Shown here: piece by piece, positions 23,849 to 36,248 of the stretch
How the letters are laid out: each line of letters begins with the position of its first letter
Numbering within the stretch: position 1 is the first letter of the stretch
Notes under the pieces: generated by a model
What the model was told of the DNA's origin: nothing
The model's database searches: none
Seen by the model: the letters and a program-made list of their open reading frames with translations, nothing else
Position numbers and translations under genes: made by a program
Origin: Marsupella aquatica
Lineage: Eukaryota; Plantae; Marchantiophyta
Assembly: GCA_973895155.1 (NCBI GenBank)
Contig: OZ316892.1
Coordinates: forward strand, 3,847,223 to 3,911,222
Direction: 5' to 3'
Length of the DNA: 64,000 bases

Positions 23849-26800
23849 TTATGGATCCTCTATGAACTTGCTTGGCCATAATACCAAAGAACCTGCAGCA
23901 TCTCCAAGTGTCTTTTGAGGAGGATCATCATTTGTGTTTGGAATGGGAAGGACAGCTTTAGGTTTCACTAGTAATGTGACTAACACTACTGAATAACCTG
24001 GGGGTATCCTCTTGCCATGGAACGTTGTGGAACCAACCTGCACTCTGGCAAATCCTACTCGTGTTCCACTCTCATCAATAGCTAACAAGCCACTTTGTCC
24101 CTCAGCATTAGGTGCTTTCCCCACTTCCACCTTAGATCTTTCTGCCAGCACTGTTCTTGGAGGTTTGTATGAAACCTTTGACGTGGCTCTGCTCCCACCA
24201 GCAGACTTGCTTCGTGTGCGCATGCTTCCTCTCTTCACAGTAGTGAAGCTAGGCTCAGTAGGTTCCTCTGTTAGGACTGTCACAGTAGCAGTTTCATCAC
24301 CTGGGAGTGTCATACCAACTAACTCTTTGGTTGGATTTATCTCAACAAGAGGCACACCTGTCATTGAGAATGATACATTCTGCAAATCATTTATCTCTGC
24401 AATGGAGTCAAGATCTACATAGCATGAATCTGGCTCAATGGTATCATTGTCATGCTTGCTGATATCCTCATTTGCCCCAACATTGATATCATCCACTCCC
24501 TTGCCAATGTCATCCTCATCCAAACATGGTTGACTGCCCTCTGTCAAACAAGTTGCTTGTACAGACTGCAACTTTGTTGCCTCTAAATTACAGCGAGTAT
24601 TTGCCAGGTTCTCATACTTCTTCTCTGTAGCACCTGTCTTATTCTCTATGGACACAACAACCACAATATATGTTACTGAAAATAACACATTCAACAAACA
24701 ATGTCAATTCAAACTATACATTTAATAATCATATCCCACACAGTTGTAAAGGCCTTACCTTCAAGCCTACATGTCGTTGGCATGCCAGAAGAGTGCATCG
24801 ACTTTGCCACCTCAAGTGGTGATGGTGGAACTCCTGCAGAATTGGAATCAATTTTATCTCTCACCGACACAACAGCTTCCATTAATGTCTTGAAGTTCAC
24901 ATGGAACAAGTCAGTCAATGAATTCAAACGTTCATTGATCTCTGGAAGACATGTTTCGACAGCCTTCAAACGACCACTTATCTCTGTAAGTGAAGATCCA
25001 CCTCCCTACATGACACAGGGGTATAGGTTCAATCACTCCATATGAAATGTTGGGCAATATATGCACAATCAATGTTATATACAGTGTACACCTGAAATTC
25101 AACGCAGGTCATTCAATTACCAATCAGAACTCATATAACTTACATGCTTGGAGGATTCAGATGCACCCTCTTGAGCCCGGGTGTTCACAATTTCAGCCCT
25201 CAACTCTTCTTTTGAAGGGCTTTGCCCCAATTGGGCTTTCTGCACATGCATGGCAAACACAAGTTATCGATCAATATTCAGGGAACGTACACTAAAAAAC
25301 AAAGTTTACATGTATGGGTTTACACTAAAAAATAGTACATAGTGTAGCATAAATTACATAGCTAGGCCATTCATTCTTACCAAACGTTTAGCTGTCGGTG
25401 CAGTGCCGGTCCTTCCTGTCAGATTAGGGTTCTGAACACTCAACCTGGCCTCGGTCATCTGTGAACTCTTCTTTTTTGAAGCATCTGTTACAAAATAAGC
25501 TACTAACCTTGCCCACACTTTATCATCACAACTGGCTGGTGGAGGCATATCTGTCTTCTCCCCACCTTCCTTCCAAGCCTTATGCATTCTCCACCTCTCT
25601 TGCTTGATAATTTTACCTGCTGTACTCTCTAGGCAACCTATGTCCACGCCATCATCACTGCCCACATAATTCCATTTGGCAGCAACATTTTCACATACAG
25701 TCTTCCAATCTTTTGGATGCTGTTTTTTAAAATTAATAACACTCACATCTAACCAACGCAATACTTCAGCTTTCAAATCAGCATGCCATCGGTTCTTGCG
25801 AGGACACTCAGCATCCACCCATTGTCTCTCATTCAACTTTACGTCCCCTTTCTTTGTCACCTCCCCTCGTGCACTGCTCTCGGTAGTACTGGGCGTTGTA
25901 TTGGCCACCCCTTCATTCACCCTACCTGGGGTTCTGAAGCCACCTGGGAAAATACAATGCCATTCATGCTTGAGAACTACATATAGCAGAATGGATGACG
26001 GCAACATTCAATGCTTCACTTCAAGAAAAATTCTTCAAACATACATACCTGTAGCTTTGCCTGTAGATGCCTGTGCAGGGACTGCACTCTGAAATTGTTG
26101 CGACCCTGGACCACCTGTCCAGCCTAGTACAGGGGCCGGATGATGTCACTTTCTAGGTATGTGTGTGCAAACATATGTACTGAAAACTAAGTACAAACTG
26201 TAGGAAAACAACTGAACATTCACCGACATACCTGTCCCCCTTCCGTGCTGCATCTGCATAGGGGCATTAGTGAATACTTGAGTCGATGGTTCGACTGTCC
26301 AACCTGCACACATACATTTTCTATCATTATACATGTGCAGAGTCCCCCCCACGTGAATGGACTCCACATATAATGAGTTCTTCCATTGCTGACAAGATCA
26401 GACATTACCTGCTCCTCTTCCAGCGTTTGTAGGTACTGAATTTTGATATCCCTGCCAATTACCTTCACCACCTTCCCAACCTTGTTCATTCCACGACCCA
26501 CCACCATCCTCCCAACCTGGTTCAACCCATGTCTGTCCTTGTGGACATTGGAACTGATCATTACTAGCATTTGCCCAATCAGGTTGGGCAGAATCTGCAT
26601 GCAATGGCAGGTGGACAGAATTTCATGTTGTCTGAATCCAATACATCCCAAACAATGTCAAAAATTGATATGCAGTCTGAAATTCAGGAGTGCCATGCCT
26701 TCACAAAGAACTGGCATATAGATATATACTCACATCCCCATGGTTGAGGTGGACGTCCATACCCACGAGATTGTGGGTTTGGACCTGCTCTGCCTCTACC

Positions 26801-27560
26801 ACGGGCATAACCTAGAGCTTGCCCCCTGCCATAGTATTGGGCACCAGCCTGGGATCTACCACTACTACCACCTCGCCAACCTTGATCAGAGGTCAGCCCC
26901 CCTGCTGGTATGGTGCATGCACAGGCTTCGAAGGCAAAACAGAACTGGCAGGACGTTGCATCACATCACCAACTACAATGTCAGGAACTAAGCAAGGTAC
27001 ATATGTGTAGTACTGAACATATGAAACCTCTAAACAAGAGTTTTTAACTCAAAACCTTGTTGGGAAAACTACTTACATGTTTCTTTTGGGGCTGCTCTGC
27101 AATGTATTCATCTTCATAACCCCCATCCTCATCCATTTCCTCTGGAAAATACTCATCATCTGCATCTTCTTGTCTAGTGTCTGCACCCACCTGTGCAGCA
27201 TCAATGTCATCTCCACATTCTGCCATTGTAGGTACGACCTTCTTGCTCAACCTGTCACTCCGATGCACAGGCCCAGAGATAGTGCTGGTCACCCTTCTTG
27301 CGTACTCCTTTTGTTTCTTTGAAAATGTTGTGGCTCTGCGACATTCCAATATGAGAATACAGTCACAATTTCAGTGCCACATTGAACTATTCATGTCACA
27401 CAAACTCAGCGGAGGGGTGTAGTTGAGAATCGTTCCCTTACAATTTAGCCACATCCTTTTCCAGATCCAGTTCTGCAATTTTGGCTTTCACGTATGCTCG
27501 TTGTTCCATAGCTTTCCTTTCATACTCACACATCTCTGTGTCACTCTGTTCCATCCTACT
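23849..27560 (-). CDS. TnpA-like / Ptta-type second CACTA protein, multi-exon (exon model uncertain)
   Basis: 25354-26007 shows the Ptta/En-Spm-like pattern (QERWRMHKAW..PPASCDDKVWARLVAYF..KKSSQM.EAR..NPNLTGRTG). The C-terminus FHGKRIPPGYSVVLV..LPIP..TLGDAAGSLVLWP resembles the Tnp1/DUF8039-type domain. Several GT-AG exons lie between. Confidence 0.7.
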
Positions 27561-27710
27561 GGACCACAAAAACATGTCATCTATGGTCACCCCGTATAAC
27601 ACAATGCAACCACAATCACCAGGCATCCATCCATACATCTGTGTTGCTTCAGAATTACTTTATTACACATCCTTCCCCTCACTAATGTCCATGCAAAAAA
27701 TTCACATTAC

Positions 27711-30700
27711 TCATGGCACAGGCACACTGTTGGCATCTGCATCTCTGAATTCGCCTCCTTCAGCAAATACATCTACCCTTGTCACAGGAATGAAGTCCCC
27801 GCTATCATGAACTACAGGCACTTGGTCTGAACGCCGACGATCAAAGGCACTATGAGAGTGTAAATGAAACTCAAGGTTTGATCCTTCCATCCGACGTTGC
27901 CTGGCCTGTTTATGACACACTACACGCCAACCTGGGGAGTCTTCCACATCCAGGAAGAAAGCTTGCTCCACCTGACTAGGAAACACAAATGGCTCAGACC
28001 ATTCGGGCAATTTCCCTCTGAAATTGGCCAGCAAGAAACCGTCGTTGTCTCTCTTCATGGTAGCCCTGTTACCAAGCCAATCCTGCCGCACCCATGAACC
28101 TTTCATAAGAATCACAGGACTGGACACCGCCCCATAGTCCAAAGCCCATATGTCAACTAATTCTCCCACATATCCCATCTCCATCCAGGCCCTGTCGTGA
28201 TTGTGGCTCTGTTGCTCAAATACAGTGATGAGCCCGTAGTCATTCGTCACCCTGTAGGCACTGTCACCATCCTTCACTCGGAAGTGATTTCCATATGCTC
28301 TCATCCGTTTGTAAGTCTTCACTTTCAGGCTAGGGGCATTAGACAGTAGGTAAACATCTGCATCCATGTCTGGGTGGGTCTCGTGATGCTCTCTAATTGC
28401 CACTCTGATCCACTCCATGAAACCTGGAAAAGTTGTTCCTGCAGTGGGATGGGCCGCCTTCAATGACTCATACTCCCTGAACGAACAACCACACAGCATT
28501 AGCTTGGGTAAACATGAACAGGCTGAAGGAGAAAACCACACGAACACAACATTTAAGCTCATGAACTGGATTATAGCACATGTATGCACTCACTGTATCC
28601 AGGGTTCCATCACCACAGTGTTGTGCAATACAAAGTCATGTGCCAAGTCTCTCATAGATATGGTCAGGTTCTTTGTGGTTGCAGCCCCTTCCAGTACTTC
28701 ACCTATCACCCCTTCCTCCTCATCAGAATTCCACACCCTGGTCTTCACATGCTCATATTGTGCTATGTATTCGGTCAGAAATCCCAGAGTCTCATCCTTG
28801 ATGTAACCTTTAGCCATGCTTGCTTCAGGTTTGTAATATGTTCTCACGTGACCTTTGAGTAGCTTCATGTACCGTTCCAAAGGGTACAACCAACGAGCAC
28901 TCACAGGCCCAAATTGGTGTAGCTCTTCCACAACATGGACAAGTAGGTGGGTCATGACATCAAAAAATGCGGGAGGAAAATAAATCTCCAGGTCACACAG
29001 CACCTGAGCGACATCTTCTGTCAGTTGTGGGAAGTGTGTTTCATCCCAAACCTTCACACAAATACGACGAAACACATCACTGAGTCGCATGATCACAGTA
29101 CGAACAGGCTTCTGCAACAGGCCCCTCAGGCATAAAGGCAACACATGTTGCATCAACATATGGTAGTCATGGCTTTTCATACTACCAAGCTTTCTAGTCA
29201 TGATATGCTTCTTGAAAGCACTGCCATAGTTTGAAGGAACCTTCAAAGAACTCAACCTCTGCACAAATAGTTCCCACTCTGTGTCTGTCAGAACATAGGG
29301 CGCTTGGTACTTCAAGAGCACATCAGCTCTGTGGGCATGTGGCCTCAACCAAAGATGGGGTTTCATTCCCCTCTGTTCAAGATCCAATCTCACTGAACCA
29401 GTGTCTTTCTCTCCACACAAGAATCTGAGTAGACTCTCACAAATATTCTTTTCAATGTGCATAACATCAATGTTATGTTTGCTTGGCTCAAACTCCTGCA
29501 TCGTTGCAATGCAAAAGCGTCAGGAAATGCCTCAAGTTTAGTCTCTCTCTTCGAAATGAATGCACATGCTCTGAACCAAAACATGTATCCCAATTAGCAT
29601 CAACTCCAAGAGGCTTACCCTCCAGTACTTGAGCTCCAAGTCCAATATGCTCAGTCTTTTTACACCATATCGCTTTATTGGATCACTCACTCCATCTTCC
29701 CTGCCCCCTCGTTTGATATTGTCATCCCTCAGTGCTCCCCACTGCCTGATCTCCTCTTTGGTCACTCGTGCCGGGGGTCCACGTTGCTCAATCTCATTGC
29801 CAAAGTGTGCAATCAGTGCCTGTCTTTCTCTGTAAGGGTGATCTGCCTTCAGAAAATGATGATGGCCCATGTATATCACTTTCTGCAGGGCTCTGGAGTA
29901 CTCACTGGTGACATTGCGCCCACATATAGTACAAGCACAATATCCTTTTGTTGTTTGGCCTGATATCATCCCATGGGCTGGGTAGTCAGCTATAGTCAGA
30001 ATGACAATGGCTCTAAGGATGAATGGGTTTAACCTCCCAAGCCTCTGTAGGACATCATATGTGAGAACTCCTTCCTCCCAAAGCTTTCTCAATTCCTCCA
30101 CTAGGGGAGCCAGAAACACATCTATGTTGGCAGATACAGCACTGTCTGGCCCTGGTATCAGTAGGACCATCAGAACAAAAAATCGCTTTATAGTCATCCA
30201 AGGACGAAGGTTATAATTCAAAATAGTTACAGGCCAGCACGAAAATTTGTTGTTCTTGTCTCCAAATGGGTTTACCCCATCCAATGACAGCCCAAGTCTG
30301 ACATTCCTCGGCTCAGCAGCAAATTCGGGATACATCTCATCTATGAGTTTCCATTGCCTTGAATCTGCAGCATGTCGTTGTAGCCCATCATCACTTTTCT
30401 TGTCAGTTGCCCAAGTCATCATCTCCGAGATGGCACGGCTTCTGAACATCCGCTGAAGTCTGGGAATGAGTGGAAAATGACGAAGTACCTTGGCGGGAAC
30501 CATAGACTTTCCTGAGTTCCGATACCTGTGCTTCATACACTTAGGGCATGTCAACGATTCTTTATACTCCTTTCTGAAAAGAACATGCCCATCAGGACAG
30601 GCATGGATCGAATCATAGTTCAATCCAAGATTAGATATGCATCTTTTTGCCTCGTACATGTTCTTGGGCAAAATATTACCATCTGGTAGCACAGTTGTTC

Positions 30701-31442
30701 GCAAGAATGCCAACAACTCAGAAACCAAAATGTTGGGGACATTGTGGTTGCCGCAAATGTTCAGGAACATGATGACAAATCCCAGTTTAGAACATTTGCT
30801 ACCGGGGTACAAAGACTTCCTGCCTTCCTGTATTTGCAGGGGAGAGCCAAACATCCCATCATGCCCAGGGGTTTCCTGCCCTATCTCAAACTCATCAAGA
30901 GGCTCTTCGACAGGGGGCACACTTGCATCTGCAGCCGTATCCTCTTCATTGTCCAGCCCATCATGAAATGCATCCAAGTCTTGGAAGATGTCTCTCACCA
31001 TCTCTTCCACATGAATTCCTTCGTCACGTGGTGCTGCCTGAGCACCATCCCGTTGGAGAGCTGACAACCCACAGAGACCAGCTACAACATTTTCAAATGC
31101 ACCAGGCAGAACCTCACTTGCCCGTCTTGCAGCATTGGCAGCATCAAATTCTAACCTCCACTCCTCGTCGGAAGAATCTTCCTCTGCAGGATCATTCCAA
31201 ACTCGATGTCGTGGATCTCTTCCATGAACCGCGATATGCCGCCAAACCTCATTCAGACCCCTGGTACGGGATCCTTGGCAGATTGCACAAGGACATCTCA
31301 TCCTATTGGCTCCTGAAAGTCTGGTTCGTAACCTTTCACGCTGCCAAAGCTTATTATCATGGCGTGATATCCTTGTGGGATGATGCAAAGGCAGTGCCTG
31401 TGCCCTGGGCTGGGTCTGGGGAGGGTGGTGACCAGGGTGCAT
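27711..31442 (-). CDS. CACTA TnpD/Tnp2 transposase, apparently intact
   Basis: Exons ~31442-29619, 29495-28594, 28476-27711 join in phase. Motifs MRCPCAIC..H (transposase-associated domain), IHACPDGHVLF, RNVRLGLSLDGVNPF, TIADYPAHGMISG, HNIDVMHIEKN, MKSHDYH, FFDVMTHLLVH, RWLYPLER, EPFVFPSQVEQAFF. Confidence 0.93.
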
Positions 31443-31875
31443 TGTAACAGGCTGGGAGCTCTGCAGTCATGGACAGCAGTGAACAAGGATGCCTAATGGT
31501 GGTATTTGTGTTCCATATATCCCTGACTGTATCTGCCAAAAGAGTTAACATAACGTGTACTAAATTCTCACAAACCCTAAACCACCCCAAAAGAAAAAAA
31601 CAGGTTCGCAAGTAGTGTACCTATTGTCAAGTGAATGACACAAAATTCCTAAATGTTGGAGGGTGTCACCACCTCCTCCGCTGTCCTCAAATGTACCGCC
31701 TCTGCATGTACGTTTACAGTGACACCCCCAGGCAGCAGGAAACAACAATCCGCCAACAGTAAAATAAGCCCTACTGCCACCAACCATAACAAGGTACATT
31801 AGTTCAAAGATCACATTTATTTCAATGATCTGATTTATACAAAAAAACTTGTGTCCAAACTGATGCTACTACTCC

Positions 31876-32748
31876 TCACTCTGATTCAGAATCGCTAATG
31901 ACCCATTCCTCACTTGTTGTCTCATAGTCCTCTCTGTAAGGATCCTGACCCTTCCGTGGCCAGGCCTCAAAAAGATCATAGTCCATTGGGTTTTGACGCT
32001 TCCCAGCTGCTACTGATTCCACAAGCCAAGCATATGAAACCACAAACACATTATGGGACATGACATAAAAGCGAATGTCTCCCTTCCCAAACTTGCGGCA
32101 GGCTTTGGGATATGACTTAGTAATGACATGAGTGGTGTCCTCTGTTATATTCTCCTCCACTGTCCCACCTAGGTCAAGCACTGTGGACTTGTACACTTTG
32201 CACTTAACCTCTCCAATTCCCGCCTCCACAAATACCATGCTCAGCCCTTTCAGAATGGGGGTTGGTTGCTTCGTCTCCTCAGCCAACATACACTTCAGCC
32301 TTGTAGAGCTCTGTCCTTTGTTGAGTACAGGTCCATATTGGAGATCAGCAAGCCGTGCCTTTGCTTCCCAGACTTCTTGTTCAGCCCAAGCTGATGCAGA
32401 AGCTTCTTCATCCTCCCACAACTCATATTGCTCAGTATCCTGTACAATCTTATGTGCTATGGAATCTGTGATCCAAGAGGCCTCAACTACTTTTAGGCCT
32501 TGCTTAGTAATTGCAGAATTCATGTAGGACCATGACCACTTCTTTATCACTGATAGCCATGTCCCTGCAACAACATGTGTAGTCTCTGGAGTGATGTCCT
32601 GAACTACAGTGCCATGGAGCTCAGAGAATCGTTTCTGTACAGTTGGCCAATGCACTTTGGTCAACCCATGCTGGCCATGGACCAAAATCGCTCTGACCCC
32701 TGTAAACACTGCTGGGTGGTCACACTTTCTACGTTTACCAGGCTCCAT
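31876..32748 (-). CDS. Tandem BRCT-domain protein (DNA polymerase lambda-like BRCT), CACTA cargo
   Basis: Uninterrupted 290-aa ORF from ATG 32748 (MEPGKRRK). Two repeats: VFTGVRAILV..LHGTVVQDITPETTHVV..VVEASWITDSI and ILKGLSMVFVEAGI..LGGTVEENITEDTTHVI..KFGK..VSYAWLVESVAAG. These show the BRCT Gly-Gly, THV and WxxxS hallmarks. Confidence 0.82.
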   Translation of the reverse strand: MEPGKRRKCDHPAVFTGVRAILVHGQHGLTKVHWPTVQKRFSELHGTVVQDITPETTHVVAGTWLSVIKKWSWSYMNSAITKQGLKVVEASWITDSIAHKIVQDTEQYELWEDEEASASAWAEQEVWEAKARLADLQYGPVLNKGQSSTRLKCMLAEETKQPTPILKGLSMVFVEAGIGEVKCKVYKSTVLDLGGTVEENITEDTTHVITKSYPKACRKFGKGDIRFYVMSHNVFVVSYAWLVESVAAGKRQNPMDYDLFEAWPRKGQDPYREDYETTSEEWVISDSESE

Positions 32749-33339
32749 GTACACACACTCTACGTGATGACAGTGAATTTGGAAGAATGGGTTCACCTGA
32801 CAATACAAGGACAACAAAATTCCTGCTTTTTGAGTTGATCTGGCCCACTGGTGCTCAAGTCCGATTTTGATAGGTACAAGGGATATGTGAACAATACGTA
32901 CTAGGCACCTGCACGGATGCAGGACATTGTTTGAATATATACTACAAAATCCATATCCGTGGTGAAATGAAGTGCAACCAACTTGTCATGGCACATACAT
33001 ATTTTGTTGTAAAGGAGGATACATTCAATGACAAACTTATAGGGCAATTTGATTAATTGCATGCCTGATAATTTATACGCTTACAACTTAGAAGTCCTGT
33101 TTTAATTTAGCAGTCTGATGAAAGTGTTTATGAAAATGACCACTCAGCCTAAATACTTCCAAGAAGGCTTGTAAGGATAAGTTTGTATAGGCATGTACCC
33201 AGCCACTGACGCCAGAGCACAAGATAAGTGCTGCCTATATAAACTCGCCTACCCAACTCCTTTTCAAAATTGGAATCTCTGCAATCTCAAAAAATAGTAC
33301 ATCCACATCAGGTGCACTGTGCATGTACAATGTTCAGCT

Positions 33340-34020
33340 TCACAGCCAAGATATGTGATCTCTCACAGGAGTGCGCGAGGTAGGATCAATGGCATGGCGA
33401 TGACAATAAAATATCCATCGATCAACACCATGTGCAGAGTGATCATAGATTTCTCTGTCACAAGCATAACCCTCTGCTTGATGATCTTTCAGGCAATGAT
33501 AGTGCCACATAGTGGGACACCTAGCACAGTGGACTATGTCAGTCCAGTAGTCATCATCATGCTCACCACATGCCTTGCACCTATGAAGTGGGCAAGCTGT
33601 GGCATGAGCAGGCAAACACTCAAAACAGAAAAATCTCACACAAAAACGGTCTGGACATTTCCTAACATTTGCTGCAGCATCAACAGAGCCCTCATAGGAC
33701 CCCAACTTCCCACACTGTGCACACTTAGCCTGCTTCTCCAAACAATCAGTGCACATCCAGTCTCCCTGGTGTGTTGACGGGAGGCCCACCCCTGGACAGT
33801 TGTTTTCTGCAGCAAGGTCAGACTCCGGGTTGAGGTGGAAATGCCTCATGCAAGGGCCCTCACAAATGACCAGGCCCCCACCATCGTCACAAATGGCACA
33901 ACAATGAGCTGCCTTCTGGAAAATCTGACTTGCAGAGAAGTTAGTAGCATCTGCCCCAAGTACACCTGTGTTTCTCACCTCTGTCACACGCTTTTTGGCT
34001 TGAATTTTAGGCCGTGCCAT
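33340..34020 (-). CDS. Stand-alone EDM2/NSD-type tandem PHD-finger protein, CACTA cargo
   Basis: Intronless 226-aa ORF: CAICDDGGGLVICEGPCMRHFH..WMCTDC..KCAQCGKLGS..CPLHRCKAC..CARCPTMWHYHCL..IFYCHRHAID..TPVRDHI. Collinear with the PHD cassette of plant EDM2 as recalled (CAICDNGG..CEG.C.RSFH..CPLHKC..TPVRDHV). Confidence 0.85.
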   Translation of the reverse strand: MARPKIQAKKRVTEVRNTGVLGADATNFSASQIFQKAAHCCAICDDGGGLVICEGPCMRHFHLNPESDLAAENNCPGVGLPSTHQGDWMCTDCLEKQAKCAQCGKLGSYEGSVDAAANVRKCPDRFCVRFFCFECLPAHATACPLHRCKACGEHDDDYWTDIVHCARCPTMWHYHCLKDHQAEGYACDREIYDHSAHGVDRWIFYCHRHAIDPTSRTPVRDHISWL

Positions 34021-34031
34021 GCCTGCGCATG

Positions 34032-34175
34032 AGATAGACTCTACAATTTAGCAGACTGTACAGAAAGTAAAATATATTTAGCATTTAAGGTACAAAGGCA
34101 TTTAGATAGACTCTACAATTTAGCAGACTGCACAGAAAGTAAAATATATTTAGCATTTAAGGTACAAAGGCATTT
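34032..34175. repeat. 72-bp tandem duplication just upstream of the PHD ORF
   Basis: AGATAGACTCTACAATTTAGC...AAGGCATTT starts at 34032 and at 34104, with one mismatch. Confidence 0.92.
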
Positions 34176-34790
34176 GCTACTGCAATGAATTGGAATGGCC
34201 ACACAAGGATGCAGAGCACACATACTTTTGGTATGTTGAGCCCACACACAAAACTGATCCCCTAATACAATTTCTCCACCAACACCTCAATTTTAATTGT
34301 GGCTATGATTCACCAAAGGAGATCTGCAACAACATTTCATGCATTTGAATCACATACAATAGTCGTGACATGTAAAACAGGCATTCTTCGAAGAGGATTG
34401 GTATGAAGCAGTGTCATAAGGGTTGAAATTTATACATCCTAAATAGGTTATGATAGTGGCTGAGACAAATAAGTGAGGCATAAATCATTTTGCATATTAT
34501 CACATGGCCCATTAATTCATTCAACGTTGCAATGTTCACCAGGTTAAAGCAGTCATGAAAGCAGTCTTTCAATAGAGACTTTTATGCGAGTTTGCTAGCC
34601 TCTTAAATTAGGATATTTTGCTTAGTGCAGGCATAATAGGATATAAGTTATGTACTGTTGACCCTAAACCCTGGACCCAAAATTGCTCATACATCAAAAT
34701 TTTAAGTAAATATCCTCTGTGTTGAAGTCAGAGTGTTAAGCTATAGGTCAATGGTATCTGGTCTGTGCATGCGGTGTGACAAGTGGTCCT

Positions 34791-35240
34791 CTAGAGCATG
34801 TGATCCAAACATGTGTAGACACCAAAGTCACCGGTGGTGGGGTCTGGGAGGGCAGGACAAGTGACATCACCAGGCACACTGCAGGATGGCGAGTGGTTCC
34901 AGATGATACATTGTGCTCTGTGCAAAAATCGGCATCCAAGAGAACGGTCATCCAATTCTGGGCCAGAAGCCCTACAGGCAGGACAGTCATATTGGCAACT
35001 GTGTACACACCCTTGGCACCTAATTTGTGGCGGGTCATGTACAAGAGACACAAATACCAAGGATGTCGGGAAGGGTACTGAAGCAGGTAGAGGCCGGCTG
35101 TAGTTGTTCCTGGAAACAACAGGGTACTCAAAGTACCATGCAGACTGGGCTGGAAGGATCCCAAGTCTGACATACTCAAGGCGCAACATCTCTGCCTTGC
35201 GTGCAAGTCGCACATGTTCAGCGTTGCGGGTCCTCACCAT
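34791..35240 (-). CDS. Cys/His-rich hypothetical protein (possible zinc finger), CACTA cargo
   Basis: 149-aa ATG-initiated ORF co-oriented with the other CACTA genes; CQGCVHSCQYDCPAC..CRFLHRAQC..C..C..YTCLDH. Family not recognised. Confidence 0.5.
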   Translation of the reverse strand: MVRTRNAEHVRLARKAEMLRLEYVRLGILPAQSAWYFEYPVVSRNNYSRPLPASVPFPTSLVFVSLVHDPPQIRCQGCVHSCQYDCPACRASGPELDDRSLGCRFLHRAQCIIWNHSPSCSVPGDVTCPALPDPTTGDFGVYTCLDHML

Positions 35241-36248
35241 AAGTGTTGCTTTCGTTGTGATGTCCTCTGTTCACGTCCTTTGATGAGCAAGGTGAGCAGG
35301 AGGTCGACTTGCCTCGCCAACAGCAACCACCTAAACTAATCAGTTCCCACTCATTGTCTTGGTTCCAACTACAGGTCATAGTATACACATAGCATGAAAC
35401 GTGCATAGTACATATTTGATTCTGAGTTTATGAGTTTCCTAAGACAAAGAGCTTGGTGATAAACCCATATTCTCGACGGACATGTATATCAATCATATTA
35501 AACTCCTGTTTTTTCATCCAGAAAGACCGAAAGTCTCACCTTGCAGGTTGCAGCAGAGAGAAAATTCACTGGTTGTCGTGTTGTGCAAGTGAACCTCCAC
35601 TGATGCCCCGGTGTAGCCCCTCAGATGCAGGTGACACTTACCAACTCCCAAGTTGCCTGGTCTAACAGAAAATGCTTATATCTTCAGAACTTTATAGAGC
35701 AAGTACATGATCACATACTTCTGGATCTATTCATATTTGGAACTCTTGCCAACTACAACTCCCATTATGCACAAGCTCACATCAACAGAGAAAGATACAG
35801 AATGCATACTTACTATGGCTCTAAGCACCTTCACTACCTTGTTGAACCCAGTCCTGAAGTCTTTTCAGCGTGTTTGTTGTGCTGTCTCCTTTGGCACCCA
35901 ACACCTTAGTCCTTGATGTAACAGAATGCGATTTTACAAGTTAGATGCTTTGGAACCTTCTATGGTCTTAGCTGAATTGATGTCATCGTAAGTGGTGAAA
36001 GACAAGGAAGACGAAAGCTGGTTGAAGAGCTGTGGACAACACACTAGCATGAAGTGCTTCAACCAATCCACTGCCAAACGGAACTCTTACACAGTCACAT
36101 TCTTTTAGTAAACAAAAACTCAGTCAAACTTCAGAATCAAAGTACAGACTCTGAAGGACCAAAGGAGGATGTTGTGAGTTTCTCTGTTGTTTAATGTGTT
36201 ACCCTTCTAGTTTCAAAGTTAGCAAATGCTGAATAATGTGTCTACCAG

